From an uncultured Muribaculaceae bacterium (GTDB taxonomy: Bacteria; Bacteroidota; Bacteroidia; Bacteroidales; Muribaculaceae): DNA of 64,000 bases. Of this stretch, positions 1-7,806 are shown in pieces. Position 1 is the stretch's first letter; every line of letters begins with the position of its first letter. The translations under genes were made by a program, and so were the position numbers. The notes under the pieces were generated by a model. That model was given only the letters and a program-made list of their open reading frames with translations. It searched no databases and was not told where the DNA came from. Location: positions 10,507 to 74,506 of the forward strand of contig CAMWYR010000005.1 of the NCBI GenBank assembly GCA_947178505.1, in the 5' to 3' direction.

Positions 1-99
1 TCCAAGATATTTTTTATTTAGTTAATTATCAATATCTTAAATTTTATAATAAGTCAAAAAGTTTTCCAAAATATAAATTTTAAAATTCGCTGTTAAAAA

Positions 100-131
100 T
101 TTGGTGGATAAAAAATTTAATCGTAATTTTG
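100..131 (+). promoter_or_regulatory. Bacteroidota-type promoter for nrdDG (TTTG 100-103, 20-nt spacer, TAATTTTG 124-131)
   Basis: Exact match to the -33 TTTG / -7 TAnnTTTG consensus, 38 nt upstream of the nrdD ATG, in an AT-rich region. Confidence 0.55.
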
Positions 132-168
132 CCTCCGTCTAACCAATCAACCCACAAATCACTTTCCC

Positions 169-2373
169 ATGATACAGACAGTAGTAAAGCGCGACGGACG
201 CATAGTAGACTATAACGAAGAGAAAATAAAGGAAGCCATCCGCAAGGCAATGCTTACTACTGAACTTGGAAAAGACGAGGCGCTCATCCAGAAGATCACT
301 GACCGGATAGGCACATACGGGAAATCTCAGATGACGGTTGAAGGCATTCAGGACAAGGTGGAGCTCGAGTTAATGAAGTCGGCCCGCAAGGACGTGGCGA
401 AATGCTATATCGCCTATCGCGATCAACGCAGCATTGCCCGCCGCGCGAAGACCCGTGAGGTCTTTCTTGAGATTATCGAGACAAAGAACAACGACATCAC
501 GCGTGAGAACGCGAATATGAACACAGATTCGCCGGCCGGCATGATGATGAAGTTTGCCAGCGAGACCACCAAGCCGTTTGTTGATGATTATCTGCTGACG
601 CAGGAGGCAAAGCAGGCAGTAAAGAACAACTACATTCACATTCACGACAAGGACTACTACCCTACCAAGAGCCTCACATGCGTGCAGCACCCGCTCGACC
701 GTATACTCAACAAAGGCTTTGTGGCAGGTCATGGTGAGTCGCGCCCGGCAAAGAGAATCGAGACTGCAAGCGTGATTGCCTGCATCTCACTTGAAACAGC
801 GCAGAACGAGATGCACGGAGGGCAAGCCATTCCGGCATTCGATTTCTACCTCGCTCCTTTCGTGCGCGCGTCGTTCGTAGAGGAAATGAAAACGCTAGAG
901 GCCCTCAGCGGAGAGGATTTGTCGACACTCTACGGCTACGAGTTAGACGACTACACAATGCGCCCCCTTGACGGGCTCAGCGGCCATGAGCGCTACATCC
1001 AGCATGCTGTCAACCGCACGGTGGAGCGTGTGCATCAGGCGATGGAGGCCTTCATTCACAATATGAACACCATCCACTCGCGCGGAGGCAATCAGGTGGT
1101 GTTCTCCTCTATTAACTACGGGACCGATACGTCGGCCGAGGGACGCTGTGTGATACGCGAGCTCCTCAACTCCACCTATGAAGGAGTAGGTAACGGTGCG
1201 ACCGCCATCTTCCCGATCCAGATATGGAAGAAAAAGCGGGGGGTCAACTTCATGCCCGACGACCGCAACTACGATCTCTTCAAACTTGCATGTAAAGTGA
1301 CTGCCCGACGCTTCTTCCCCAACTTCCTGAATCTTGACGCAAGCTATAACCGTCATGAGGAATGGCGCGCCGACGATCCCAAGCGCTATCTGCATGAAGT
1401 GGCCACGATGGGGTGCCGCACGCGCGTGTTCGAAAACCGATTCGGAGCGAAGACATCCGTGGGACGGGGAAATCTTTCATTCACGACAATCAACATCGTG
1501 CGTCTCGCCATCGAAGTGATGCAGATTGAGGATAAGGAAGAGCGCGTAAATCAATTTTTCGAGCGTCTCGACAAGGTGCTTGACATCACGGCACGTCAGC
1601 TCGACGAACGTTTCAATTTCCAGAAGACTGCTATGGCGAAACAGTTCCCCCTCGTGATGAGCATGCTCTGGAACGGTTCGGAGAGCCTCAAGCCGACTGA
1701 ATCAATTGAGAAGGTGATCAATCAGGGCACGCTCGGAATCGGATTCATCGGTCTGGCGGAATGCCTGATCGCTCTCACGGGCAAGCATCACGGCGAAGAT
1801 GAGGCTGCCCAGGAATTAGGAATCCGCATCGTTAGCCACATGCGCGACCGTGCCAATGAATTCAGTGAGAAATTCGGCCATAACTATTCCGTGCTCGCTA
1901 CGCCGGCAGAGGGTCTTTCAGGCCGCTTCACCCGCAAGGACCGCAAGACTTTCGGCACGCTCAAGGGCATCACTGATAAAGATTACTACACCAATTCCAA
2001 TCATGTGCCCGTCTATTATCACTGCTCGCCCCGTCACAAGGCTAAGGTAGAGGCTCCCTATCATAATCTGACCCGAGGCGGCCACATCTTCTATGTGGAA
2101 CTTGACGGCGATGCCACGCACAATGAGAAATCCATCATGCAGATCGTGGAGATGATGGATAAGTATGATATGGGTTACGGGTCGGTGAACCATAACCGCA
2201 ACCATTGCCCCGACTGCGGCTACGAGAATGCCGACACGTCGATGAAGGAATGTCCGAAATGCGGTGCTAAATTCGAGACCATCCAGCGCATCACCGGATA
2301 TCTCGTGGGCACCACCGACAGATGGAATTCAGGAAAACTTGCCGAACTTAATGACCGCGTCGTACACGAGTAA
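169..2373 (+). CDS. nrdD: anaerobic ribonucleoside-triphosphate reductase (class III RNR)
   Basis: 734 aa. N-terminal ATP-cone (VVKRDGRIVDYNEEKIKEAIRKA), C-terminal Zn ribbon CPDCGY...CPKCG and glycyl-radical motif QRITGYLVG. Followed by its activase. Confidence 0.96.
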   Translation: MIQTVVKRDGRIVDYNEEKIKEAIRKAMLTTELGKDEALIQKITDRIGTYGKSQMTVEGIQDKVELELMKSARKDVAKCYIAYRDQRSIARRAKTREVFLEIIETKNNDITRENANMNTDSPAGMMMKFASETTKPFVDDYLLTQEAKQAVKNNYIHIHDKDYYPTKSLTCVQHPLDRILNKGFVAGHGESRPAKRIETASVIACISLETAQNEMHGGQAIPAFDFYLAPFVRASFVEEMKTLEALSGEDLSTLYGYELDDYTMRPLDGLSGHERYIQHAVNRTVERVHQAMEAFIHNMNTIHSRGGNQVVFSSINYGTDTSAEGRCVIRELLNSTYEGVGNGATAIFPIQIWKKKRGVNFMPDDRNYDLFKLACKVTARRFFPNFLNLDASYNRHEEWRADDPKRYLHEVATMGCRTRVFENRFGAKTSVGRGNLSFTTINIVRLAIEVMQIEDKEERVNQFFERLDKVLDITARQLDERFNFQKTAMAKQFPLVMSMLWNGSESLKPTESIEKVINQGTLGIGFIGLAECLIALTGKHHGEDEAAQELGIRIVSHMRDRANEFSEKFGHNYSVLATPAEGLSGRFTRKDRKTFGTLKGITDKDYYTNSNHVPVYYHCSPRHKAKVEAPYHNLTRGGHIFYVELDGDATHNEKSIMQIVEMMDKYDMGYGSVNHNRNHCPDCGYENADTSMKECPKCGAKFETIQRITGYLVGTTDRWNSGKLAELNDRVVHE

Positions 2374-2810
2374 TGAGAGTGCTTGATATCATCCGGGGCA
2401 CAACGGTTGACGGTCCCGGTTTCCGCACGTCTATCTACCTTGCCGGCTGCCGCCATGAATGTCAGGGCTGCCATAATCCGGAGTCGTGGGATTTCGCCGG
2501 CGGCCGCGACATGACCTTAGAAGAGATAATGGAGATCGTGCGCGAGGAGGAATTCGACGTCACTCTGTCGGGAGGAGATCCGCTCTATCATCCTGATGAA
2601 GTAGAGGCTCTGACCGCACTAATCCGCGAGGCCGGATTCAAAACGTGGGTCTACACCGGATTCACCTGGGAGGAGATTCAGGCAGATCCTAAGCTGATGA
2701 AGGCACTCGTCAATGTAGAGGCAATCGTGGAAGGAAGATTCTTGAAGGCACTGCGCGATCCCGACCTACTCTACCGGGGCTCGTCGAATCAACGGATAAT
2801 ATACCTCTGA
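2373..2810 (+). CDS. nrdG: anaerobic ribonucleotide reductase activating protein (radical SAM)
   Basis: 145 aa. CX3CX2C cluster motif in AGCRHECQGCHNPESW. The start overlaps the nrdD stop (TAATG). Confidence 0.93.
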   Translation: MRVLDIIRGTTVDGPGFRTSIYLAGCRHECQGCHNPESWDFAGGRDMTLEEIMEIVREEEFDVTLSGGDPLYHPDEVEALTALIREAGFKTWVYTGFTWEEIQADPKLMKALVNVEAIVEGRFLKALRDPDLLYRGSSNQRIIYL

Positions 2811-2924
2811 AAGCCGGTTGCACCGCCTGCGACGAATGAGCGGTAAATCATCCGGGAAACTGAACCATAATTTAAATCTGAATGTTAAGATAATAAAATT
2901 AACTAAAAAAAGTAAATTTAAATT

Positions 2925-3491
2925 ATGAAAAACAGTTATAGCAACGGAGGCGTGAAGCTCTGGTGGGTGCCTCTGATAACGGGTATCCTGGCATTAGGCA
3001 TCGGCATATGGTGCATGTTCTGCCCTCTTGAATCAATGACAGTATTGGCGTGGTTTTTCGCCTGCGTGATCCTTGCTGCTGGCGTTATGAACGTGGCCTA
3101 CGGCATTTCCAACTCACATCCTCATTCCAACTGGGGCTGGAGTCTCGCTCTGGGCCTGATAGAAATTATCTGCGGCGTATGGCTGCTCGTAATGCCTGAG
3201 GCCCAGTTACTCACAGTGTTCATGTGGACCGTAGCCTTCTACCTGATCTTCGTCTGTATCAATGCCATCTGCGAGGCCTTCGTGCTCGCCGGCTATGCAC
3301 GCGACTGGCTTGGCTGGATGCTTATCTTCCTCTTCGCCACGCTCGTGTTCGCAGTAATCTTCCTTGCCGGTCCGATCGCAGGCGGCGTGGCAATCTGGCT
3401 CTACATCGGCATCTCATTCATAGCGTTCGGTCTCTACCGAATCATCCTCGCCTTCAAGTTGCGCAGAATCAACACCCGCATCCACTTCTGA
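2925..3491 (+). CDS. HdeD/DUF308 family membrane protein
   Basis: 188 aa with six hydrophobic helices. N-terminus WWVPLITGILALGIGIW is typical of DUF308. Confidence 0.75.
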   Translation: MKNSYSNGGVKLWWVPLITGILALGIGIWCMFCPLESMTVLAWFFACVILAAGVMNVAYGISNSHPHSNWGWSLALGLIEIICGVWLLVMPEAQLLTVFMWTVAFYLIFVCINAICEAFVLAGYARDWLGWMLIFLFATLVFAVIFLAGPIAGGVAIWLYIGISFIAFGLYRIILAFKLRRINTRIHF

Positions 3492-3553
3492 TAGCGGGAT
3501 CCGCACGACTCATCCAGAAAACTTCCCTTCTCCAGAGGGAGCCTTAATAACAT

Positions 3554-3586
3554 CCCCGGCAGCACGAGCGTGTTGTCGGGGATTTT
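3554..3586. terminator. bidirectional intrinsic terminator between convergent genes
   Basis: 12-bp stem CCCCGGCAGCAC/GTGTTGTCGGGG (2 G-U pairs), 4-nt loop, then ATTTT. Lies between the stops at 3491 (+) and 3604 (-). Confidence 0.7.
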
Positions 3587-3603
3587 CGTTAGTCATCAGA
3601 CTG

Positions 3604-4185
3604 TCAGTTGCGACTGATAAGCTTATATTCAGACATAAATTCGCGGAACTGGCGGTAGCCTATCGCGAGGCCGACAATCAGCCCGGCAATCATTCCGTAG
3701 ATGATGAACCTGTCGGTGATGAAAGTATAGGCCATAAGGCCTAACACGAGCACTACGAACGGAATCAGGAACATCATCGACTGCAGGTGTTTCTTTCGGT
3801 AGTAGACCGCTTTCTCGACGACCTCACTCACCGGCATCTCGTAACAGTTGATGGAGGAAACACCTTTATAAAGCCACCAGTCGATCGATGCACACGTGGC
3901 AAAATAGAGCATCAACAGCGCCGCTACCACGTATCTCATCGGAAACATCCCGAAGTGGTCGGGGCGGAAAATCCAGAACACCGACACAACGGTCATCAGC
4001 ATGCCGACAGTAGAGAAACGCTTGTATCTCGCGGCGAGCCGCTCAAGCGCAGTTTCCTTCTTTTCCCTGTACATATTTTCGAACTCTTCGGGTGTGGGAC
4101 GGTATATCTTTCTTGAAGCATCCTCCCATGTTTTTTTAATTTCTTCAGGTGTCATAATATTCAGTGATTTTAATGAATAATTCAA
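3604..4185 (-). CDS. 4-TM membrane protein downstream of an ECF sigma factor (possible cognate anti-sigma or partner)
   Basis: 193 aa. Charged N-terminal ~55 aa followed by four hydrophobic helices. Lies 33 nt downstream of the sigma gene on the same strand. No recognisable ZAS/RskA motif. Confidence 0.6.
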   Translation of the reverse strand: MNYSLKSLNIMTPEEIKKTWEDASRKIYRPTPEEFENMYREKKETALERLAARYKRFSTVGMLMTVVSVFWIFRPDHFGMFPMRYVVAALLMLYFATCASIDWWLYKGVSSINCYEMPVSEVVEKAVYYRKKHLQSMMFLIPFVVLVLGLMAYTFITDRFIIYGMIAGLIVGLAIGYRQFREFMSEYKLISRN

Positions 4186-4218
4186 TTTGATGGCCTTGTG
4201 AACGGAACGCCATGCCGG

Positions 4219-4815
4219 CTATTCCTTCAGCCGGCGGCCGAGTTTCTGCTTTATCCGGTTGATTCTCACGGCGACATTATTGCGCGAGATGCCCGTGACC
4301 TCTGCTATTTCCTCATATTTCCTCTCATCGAGCCACATCGTAATCACGGCCTTGTCGAGCGGTGAAAGGGTCGAAATCAACTCATGGAGCATTTCAATGT
4401 TTTCCAAATTGGAGTTACCCTCCTCCGATAGTTCGGAGATTCCTTCGAGCGGCACCATGGAAGGGCACCCGGACTTCTTTCTGATTGTAGACACGCACGT
4501 GTTGAGCGCGACACGATATATCCACGTCGAGAGGGAGGAATCCCCGCGGAAAGAGGCGATCCCTTTCCAGATATTTAACATTATGTCCTGACGGAGATCC
4601 TTCAGATCATCGGCGTTGTTGGCATAGGCGAAACACACGCCTGAAATCACCGAACCATAATCTCTGAGGATAGAAGCGAAACGCTGTTCCCTGTCCCTGT
4701 TATTCTCCTTCTCGCCCGTGAGCATGGCAAATAACATCCCTACCCTTTCGACCAGCCGCCAACGGAGCGGGATATTTATCGGAAGAAGGTCTATGGTGCT
4801 CATTTTTACGTTCAT
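4219..4815 (-). CDS. RNA polymerase ECF-type sigma-70 family factor
   Basis: 198 aa. Region 2 (DLRQDIMLNIWKGIASFRGDSSLSTWIYRVALN) and region 4 HTH (YEEIAEVTGISRNNVAVRINRIKQKL). The start could be a downstream Met. Confidence 0.88.
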   Translation of the reverse strand: MNVKMSTIDLLPINIPLRWRLVERVGMLFAMLTGEKENNRDREQRFASILRDYGSVISGVCFAYANNADDLKDLRQDIMLNIWKGIASFRGDSSLSTWIYRVALNTCVSTIRKKSGCPSMVPLEGISELSEEGNSNLENIEMLHELISTLSPLDKAVITMWLDERKYEEIAEVTGISRNNVAVRINRIKQKLGRRLKE

Positions 4816-4830
4816 CTCTTAATTTTTACA

Positions 4831-4838
4831 CAAATTTA
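4831..4838 (-). promoter_or_regulatory. -7 box TAAATTTG (minus strand) for the ECF sigma operon
   Basis: Plus strand reads CAAATTTA, about 16 nt upstream of the ATG at 4815. Confidence 0.5.
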
Positions 4839-4900
4839 GTCGCATTAATTTGAGGAAAGTTACACGCAGTAAAATTTTTTTCAATTTTTTTTGAAATTTA

Positions 4901-4932
4901 TTTGGTGGAACTAAAAATTTGATTTACCTTTG
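4901..4932 (+). promoter_or_regulatory. promoter for the ABC/GIN/GntR operon (TTTG 4901-4904, 20-nt spacer, TACCTTTG 4925-4932)
   Basis: Exact consensus match. Predicts a 5' UTR of about 86 nt before the ATG at 5025. Confidence 0.55.
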
Positions 4933-5024
4933 CAGTGTCTTAGTTCACTAATACACTAATTAAATAATAGACTAAGACAATCAAAAATTCAAAAACAGAA
5001 ATTGAATAATTAAACCAACCATCT

Positions 5025-5858
5025 ATGTTGACAATTGATAACGTAAGCTTCAGCTACTCGCGTCACACTCAGCTGATAGAGAACTTCTCGATGACCCTGC
5101 AGCCCGGCACTGTCTGCGGTCTGTTAGGAAAGAACGGTGCCGGCAAGACCACCCTGCTCTATCTCATATGCGGTCTCCTTGCTCCCAAGTCGGGCCTTAT
5201 AGACTTCCGCGGGATGCAACCGATGGAGCGAAGCACGGCATTCCTCAACGATGTCTTCATCGTGCCGGAGGAATTCTCGCTGCCCAATGTCGAGTTGAGT
5301 TCCTACGTAGAAGTGAACGCCCCCTTCTATCCCAACTTCAACCTTGAGCAGTTGCACCACTATCTCGAAGTGTTCGAGCTCCGGCCCGATCTCCACTTGG
5401 GGCGCCTCTCGATGGGTCAGAAAAAGAAGGCCTTCATGAGTTTCGCAATGGCCTGCAACACTTCGCTCCTGATTCTTGACGAGCCTACCAACGGACTCGA
5501 TATCTCATCCAAACGCAACTTCCGCCGGGTGCTCGCCGAGTGCATGACCGACGACAAGAGCATAATTATCTCCACCCATCAGGTGCATGATGTCGACAAA
5601 GTGCTCGACCATGTCATCATCACTGACCGCAAGGGCGTGATGCTCAACGCATCGCTCAACGACGTGATGGACAAGTTGACCTTCAGCTTCACCACCGACC
5701 GCGAACGCGCTGAAAAAGCGCTACTCGCGCTCCCCGTGCCGGGAGGTTTCAACATTGCCGAACCCCTACTCGACAAGTCCGACGAGACAGAAGTGAATCT
5801 CGAGACTCTATTCGAACTCGTTCAGAACGGTTACCGCCTCCCCGAATCCTCTAAATAA
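5025..5858 (+). CDS. ABC transporter ATP-binding protein
   Basis: 277 aa. Walker A GKNGAGKTT, signature LSMGQKKK, Walker B LLILDEPT. Confidence 0.93.
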   Translation: MLTIDNVSFSYSRHTQLIENFSMTLQPGTVCGLLGKNGAGKTTLLYLICGLLAPKSGLIDFRGMQPMERSTAFLNDVFIVPEEFSLPNVELSSYVEVNAPFYPNFNLEQLHHYLEVFELRPDLHLGRLSMGQKKKAFMSFAMACNTSLLILDEPTNGLDISSKRNFRRVLAECMTDDKSIIISTHQVHDVDKVLDHVIITDRKGVMLNASLNDVMDKLTFSFTTDRERAEKALLALPVPGGFNIAEPLLDKSDETEVNLETLFELVQNGYRLPESSK

Positions 5859-5889
5859 TCACACACTCTCACATCTAACCCAACCAATT

Positions 5890-6636
5890 ATGAAGACAAT
5901 AATCAGAAACACCATAATCCTCTCCGCCCTCTCCGCAGCATTCATCATCGGCTCCTCCAGCTGCTTCCGCATCGCAAAAGATAATTTCCGAGCCGGCTTC
6001 ACCGCCGGAATGGAAGACTACGGCCAGCAGGTCACGACTCCTGTTGAGGTAACCGACTCGTTCTTCTCAATCGATACCTACACCACGACTGACATCGAGT
6101 ATGTGAACGGACCGGTTTCAGTCACTCTCACCGCGCCCGAAAAGATCATAGGAAAGATTGAGGTGAAGGTAGAGAACGGAACCCTCAAGGTAGGTATCCC
6201 CGATAAGGAAGACAACCGTAATTTAGGAATGATAAAATCCACGCTTGTAGTCTCTGCTCCGGGTGTGAACAAGTTCATATCAACAGGTACGGGTGATATC
6301 GACATCAAGGGAGCCGAGTCGAAGGAAATCGTATTGAATACAACCGGCACAGGCGATATCGACGTGTCCCGCGCGAACTGCGTCAAATTCACCGCCAACA
6401 CATCCGGCACAGGAGATATAGAGGCTGAATACGTGAACTGCACGATAGCAGAACTCAACACATCCGGCACCGGCGACATCGAGATCAAACGCATCTCCGC
6501 AGAGAAGATCAGCGGTATGTCATCGGGTACGGGCGACATCGAAGTTAAGGGTGAATGCGATCAGGTAAACATATCCAAGTCGGGAATCGGTTCTGTAAAT
6601 ACCCGTGGCCTCGAAATCAGAACGACTGAAGAATAA
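5890..6636 (+). CDS. GIN-domain (DUF2807) beta-helix lipoprotein
   Basis: 248 aa. Signal peptide with a candidate lipobox (IGSSSC). Five (T/S)GTGDI(D/E) rungs at a 20-aa period. Confidence 0.8.
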   Translation: MKTIIRNTIILSALSAAFIIGSSSCFRIAKDNFRAGFTAGMEDYGQQVTTPVEVTDSFFSIDTYTTTDIEYVNGPVSVTLTAPEKIIGKIEVKVENGTLKVGIPDKEDNRNLGMIKSTLVVSAPGVNKFISTGTGDIDIKGAESKEIVLNTTGTGDIDVSRANCVKFTANTSGTGDIEAEYVNCTIAELNTSGTGDIEIKRISAEKISGMSSGTGDIEVKGECDQVNISKSGIGSVNTRGLEIRTTEE

Positions 6637-6686
6637 TCATCCAATCCCCACCCCACATCATCAATAACTATCTAAAGATAAATAAT

Positions 6687-7439
6687 ATGGAAACAAAGAA
6701 ATATACCACAGGCAACCTCAGGCTGATAATACACAAACTCCTCGTGGAGAAGCGCAAGACTCTGCTTTATGCTATTTGCGGCTTTCTGGGCGCGTGGATG
6801 GTGATTGGCATCTGGAGCGGCTGCATTATCGGAGGAGAAATCGGTGGAGGCACCACCTTCGGCTACATCGCGCTTTCGACGCTGATATGCACAGTCGCAG
6901 CCTCATTCACTTTCGCTGATCTCAAGACGAAAGAGGGTCGCATTTCATTCCTAATGACTCCCGGCTCGGCTGCTGCGAAATATCTTCCCCGGGTTGCAGC
7001 ATGTGTGTTCGGCACAATCATCATCTGCTTCATCGGCTACTACTTCTACATCGCCTCCATCATCATTACCCAGGGTCTCGTGACGGGCACATGGCTACCT
7101 TTCTTCACGGATGCCAATACTTTCACGCTCAACTATGAGGGTATCATTCTGCTTGCTGCAATCATCGCCGGCTTTTTCTTCACCGAAGGAGTCTACGTGC
7201 TGGGATCGGCGATATGGCCTAAAAAGTCGTTCATCAAGACCACCGGAATCTTCCTGCTCCTTCAGTTTGTGCTAAGTATCATCACGGCCTTCGTGGTGAG
7301 CCACTGCAAATTCAAACTCTACTGGTTCGCAAGCTACGGAGAAGCGCTCATCTGGAGCGTTATAGGACTTGTTTTCCTTATAGATTTCGCCCTCTTCTAT
7401 ATCGCCTATTGCAGAATCAAACGAATCACACTTATCTGA
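6687..7439 (+). CDS. polytopic membrane protein (uncharacterised; candidate permease partner of the ABC ATPase)
   Basis: 250 aa with about 6 hydrophobic helices. Operon position between the GIN protein and GntR. Confidence 0.65.
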   Translation: METKKYTTGNLRLIIHKLLVEKRKTLLYAICGFLGAWMVIGIWSGCIIGGEIGGGTTFGYIALSTLICTVAASFTFADLKTKEGRISFLMTPGSAAAKYLPRVAACVFGTIIICFIGYYFYIASIIITQGLVTGTWLPFFTDANTFTLNYEGIILLAAIIAGFFFTEGVYVLGSAIWPKKSFIKTTGIFLLLQFVLSIITAFVVSHCKFKLYWFASYGEALIWSVIGLVFLIDFALFYIAYCRIKRITLI

Positions 7440-7443
7440 CAAA

Positions 7444-7800
7444 ATGGATTTTAACGAAAATAAACCGATCTATCTTCAGCTGGCCGACCAGATAATGGAT
7501 GCCACGGAGCAGCCCGACTTCCAGGGAGGGGGCAGGTTGCTCTCGGTCAGGGAATATGCGGGGCAGACGGGTGTGAACGCCAACACCGTCATGCGCGCCT
7601 ACACCTGGCTCCAGCAGGAAGAGATCATATACAACAAGCGTGGAATCGGCTATTTCTACAGCGAGGATGCACAGAAAAAAGTATATGAGATGAGACGAGA
7701 GTATTTCGTAAAGAAAGAGATGCCCTATCTCATCGAGAGAATGAAATCGCTCAATATCTCCCTCGCAGAGTTTGAGAATCTTTATAACAGTTTAGACTGA
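7444..7800 (+). CDS. short GntR-family (YtrA-like) transcriptional regulator
   Basis: 118 aa. Winged HTH LLSVREYAGQTGVNANTVMRAYTWLQQEEIIYNKRGIGYF. No large effector domain. Confidence 0.88.
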   Translation: MDFNENKPIYLQLADQIMDATEQPDFQGGGRLLSVREYAGQTGVNANTVMRAYTWLQQEEIIYNKRGIGYFYSEDAQKKVYEMRREYFVKKEMPYLIERMKSLNISLAEFENLYNSLD

Positions 7801-7806
7801 TCGCAA

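Noticed and set aside
6078-6539. Regularly spaced 60-nt repeats that could superficially resemble a repeat-spacer array, plus a 153-aa antisense ORF with ISPVPD repeats
   Set aside because: The repeats are in frame within the GIN-domain CDS and encode the (T/S)GTGDI(D/E) beta-helix rungs. The repeat units are short (~21 nt) and degenerate at third codon positions, so this is not a CRISPR array. The antisense ORF is the mirror of the coding repeat.
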